From positions 1,090 to 65,089 of IMG/VR virus record IMGVR_UViG_3300010051_000019: a stretch of 64,000 bases of DNA. One strand, written 5' to 3'. This DNA comes from a virus. Lineage: Duplodnaviria; Caudoviricetes. How positions within the stretch are numbered: the stretch's first letter is position 1; every line of letters begins with the position of its first letter. The notes under the pieces were generated by a model that saw only the letters and a program-made list of their open reading frames with translations, was not told where the DNA came from and did not search any database. Positions 62,794-64,000 of the stretch are shown in pieces. The position numbers and the translations under genes were made by a program.

Positions 62794-63583
62794 GCACTTA
62801 CAAGAATGATAAAGCATTTATCGTAATAATTACCGATACTTACAAGAATGAGGAGGGGTTTTGGAAAAAGCTCTCACCATGTGTAATGTTTATCAACCTC
62901 TCTTTACCTGATAATTATAATACTACCTTTAATTTAAATGCAAGTCAAATTAATTAGCTAAAAATCAGGGTTCTACAATTAATTGGTGGTTAAATTATTT
63001 TGAGCGTTTTTTGGTAAATATATCTTATACTTTTGTTATTTTACAATCTAACTTGGAATACAGGCACTTACAAGAATGATGGGGTTTTTGGGAAAAATGA
63101 TGGCTTCCTGATTACAAGCAGTTACAAGAATGATGCTTCCTCGTTACAGGCACTTACAGAAATGATGAAATGGGATTATCAATGATTCCAGTGAGTTACA
63201 AGAATGATGAGCCTTTTTCTAAAAAGATTTGATTTTCAACTGAAAAGGGGTATATCCCGACAAAATTAATCAGGCCTATAATAACCGTTTACCCCTACTT
63301 GTAGTGCAAGTAGGTATATCCTGCATATAAATGATGGGTGTAATAGGGTCTCTTTCTGTCTAAAAAAGGAAAGTTTCCCGACTTTACCCCCATCATTCTT
63401 GTAAGTGGCGGTAATTGTTCAGAACACGATTTCATCATTTTTGTAAGTGCCTGTAACGTGGTATGCATCATTTCTGTAAGTGATTGTAGTTAGGTGAAAA
63501 TAGATAGGTGCTATTTTTAGCAAAAACCCCATCATTTCTGTAAGTGCCTGTAATCCAATTTAGATTGTAAAATAACAAAAGTA
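62794..63583. repeat. Convergent array of ten ~17-24-bp repeats (core CACTTACAAGAATGATG), six forward and four reverse, inside a 63-bp inverted repeat; origin/operator-like
   Basis: Forward copies near 62794, 62838, 63064, 63119, 63151, 63194; reverse near 63391, 63433, 63466, 63530; arms 63028-63090 and 63521-63583 differ at 4 of 63 positions. Confidence 0.9.
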
Positions 63584-63747
63584 GATGGGAACTTATATTT
63601 TTTTCAGCCAAAAACGTAAGTTTTGGGAGGTCTAAAAAAGGTGGAAAAACGGACCTCTACCAGCTCCTAAATGTGGTCGGAAAGTGATGACCACCAGCTT
63701 TTAAATTTAGTAGGTGGGAGGGAGGGGGGTAGCTGCTGAAATTGGGG

Positions 63748-63835
63748 GGAAGGGAAAAATTTTCGGATCTCTGCTAGCTTCTGGAGTGAGGAGGAAGGGA
63801 AAAATTTTCGGATCTCTGATAGAAACGGATCTCTG
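63748..63835. repeat. 26-bp direct repeat GGAAGGGAAAAATTTTCGGATCTCTG x2 plus partial third
   Basis: 63748-63773, 63793-63818, partial 63826-63835. Confidence 0.9.
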
Positions 63836-63860
63836 TTAGTGGGAGCTATTCTTTATGACC

Positions 63861-64000
63861 CTCCAGTACCCTCCAGTACCCTCCAGTACCCTCCAGTACC
63901 CTCCAGTACCCTCCAGCACCCTCCAGCACCCTCCAGCACCCTCCAGCAACCTCCAGCAACCTCCAGTACCCTCCAGTACCCTCCAGTACCCTCCAGTACC
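63861..64000. repeat. 10-bp tandem repeat (CTCCAGTACC and variants) x14, running off the window end
   Basis: Order: GTACC x5, GCACC x3, GCAAC x2, GTACC x4. Confidence 0.97.

Noticed and set aside
62794-63583. CRISPR array
   Set aside because: Repeats are short, irregularly spaced and in both orientations; there are no uniform 26-40-nt unique spacers and no cas operon.
63028-63583. Protelomerase (telRL) site of a linear plasmid-phage
   Set aside because: Arms are ~430 bp apart rather than forming a continuous palindrome, and no protelomerase gene was recognised.
1-64000. Stop-codon reassignment (suggested by abundant TAG/CTA words)
   Set aside because: Genes are full-length and tightly packed under code 11, and TAG, TGA and TAA all end genes right before the next start.
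1-64000. tRNA, tmRNA or rRNA genes
   Set aside because: No cloverleaf with a T-loop (GTTCRA) and matching acceptor stem found in the intergenic gaps by eye; tRNAscan/ARAGORN not run.

Overview
The window is essentially one (near-)complete ~64-kb tailed dsDNA phage genome of podovirus-like architecture, AT-rich (roughly 38% GC by eye), read in the standard code. The left ~44 kb is a + strand morphogenesis arm: an inverted terminase large subunit, portal, scaffold, a Cys-rich major capsid protein, decoration/fibre proteins, a split lysis cassette, tail proteins, three large internal-virion (ejection) proteins and a subtilisin. The right ~19 kb is a mostly - strand early/replication arm: many small ORFs, a membrane-anchored lytic transglycosylase, family A DNA polymerase, DUF2815 SSB, DUF2800 Cas4-like nuclease, SNF2-like helicase and a divergent primase/D5 helicase. 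The noncoding ends carry tandem repeats and a symmetric 10-copy iteron-like array. I saw no integrase, tRNA, CRISPR array or reverse transcriptase. Most notable: (1) four signal-peptide-bearing fibre/adhesin-like proteins inserted between holin and endolysin, two ending in the same PPxGxWYDRFI-basic tail; (2) one ~95-aa domain shared between an ejection protein and a separate secreted protein; (3) a GC-rich, multi-hairpin ~370-nt ncRNA candidate directly upstream of a small HNH nuclease; (4) the convergent repeat array. All family assignments come from motif recognition by eye, not database searches.
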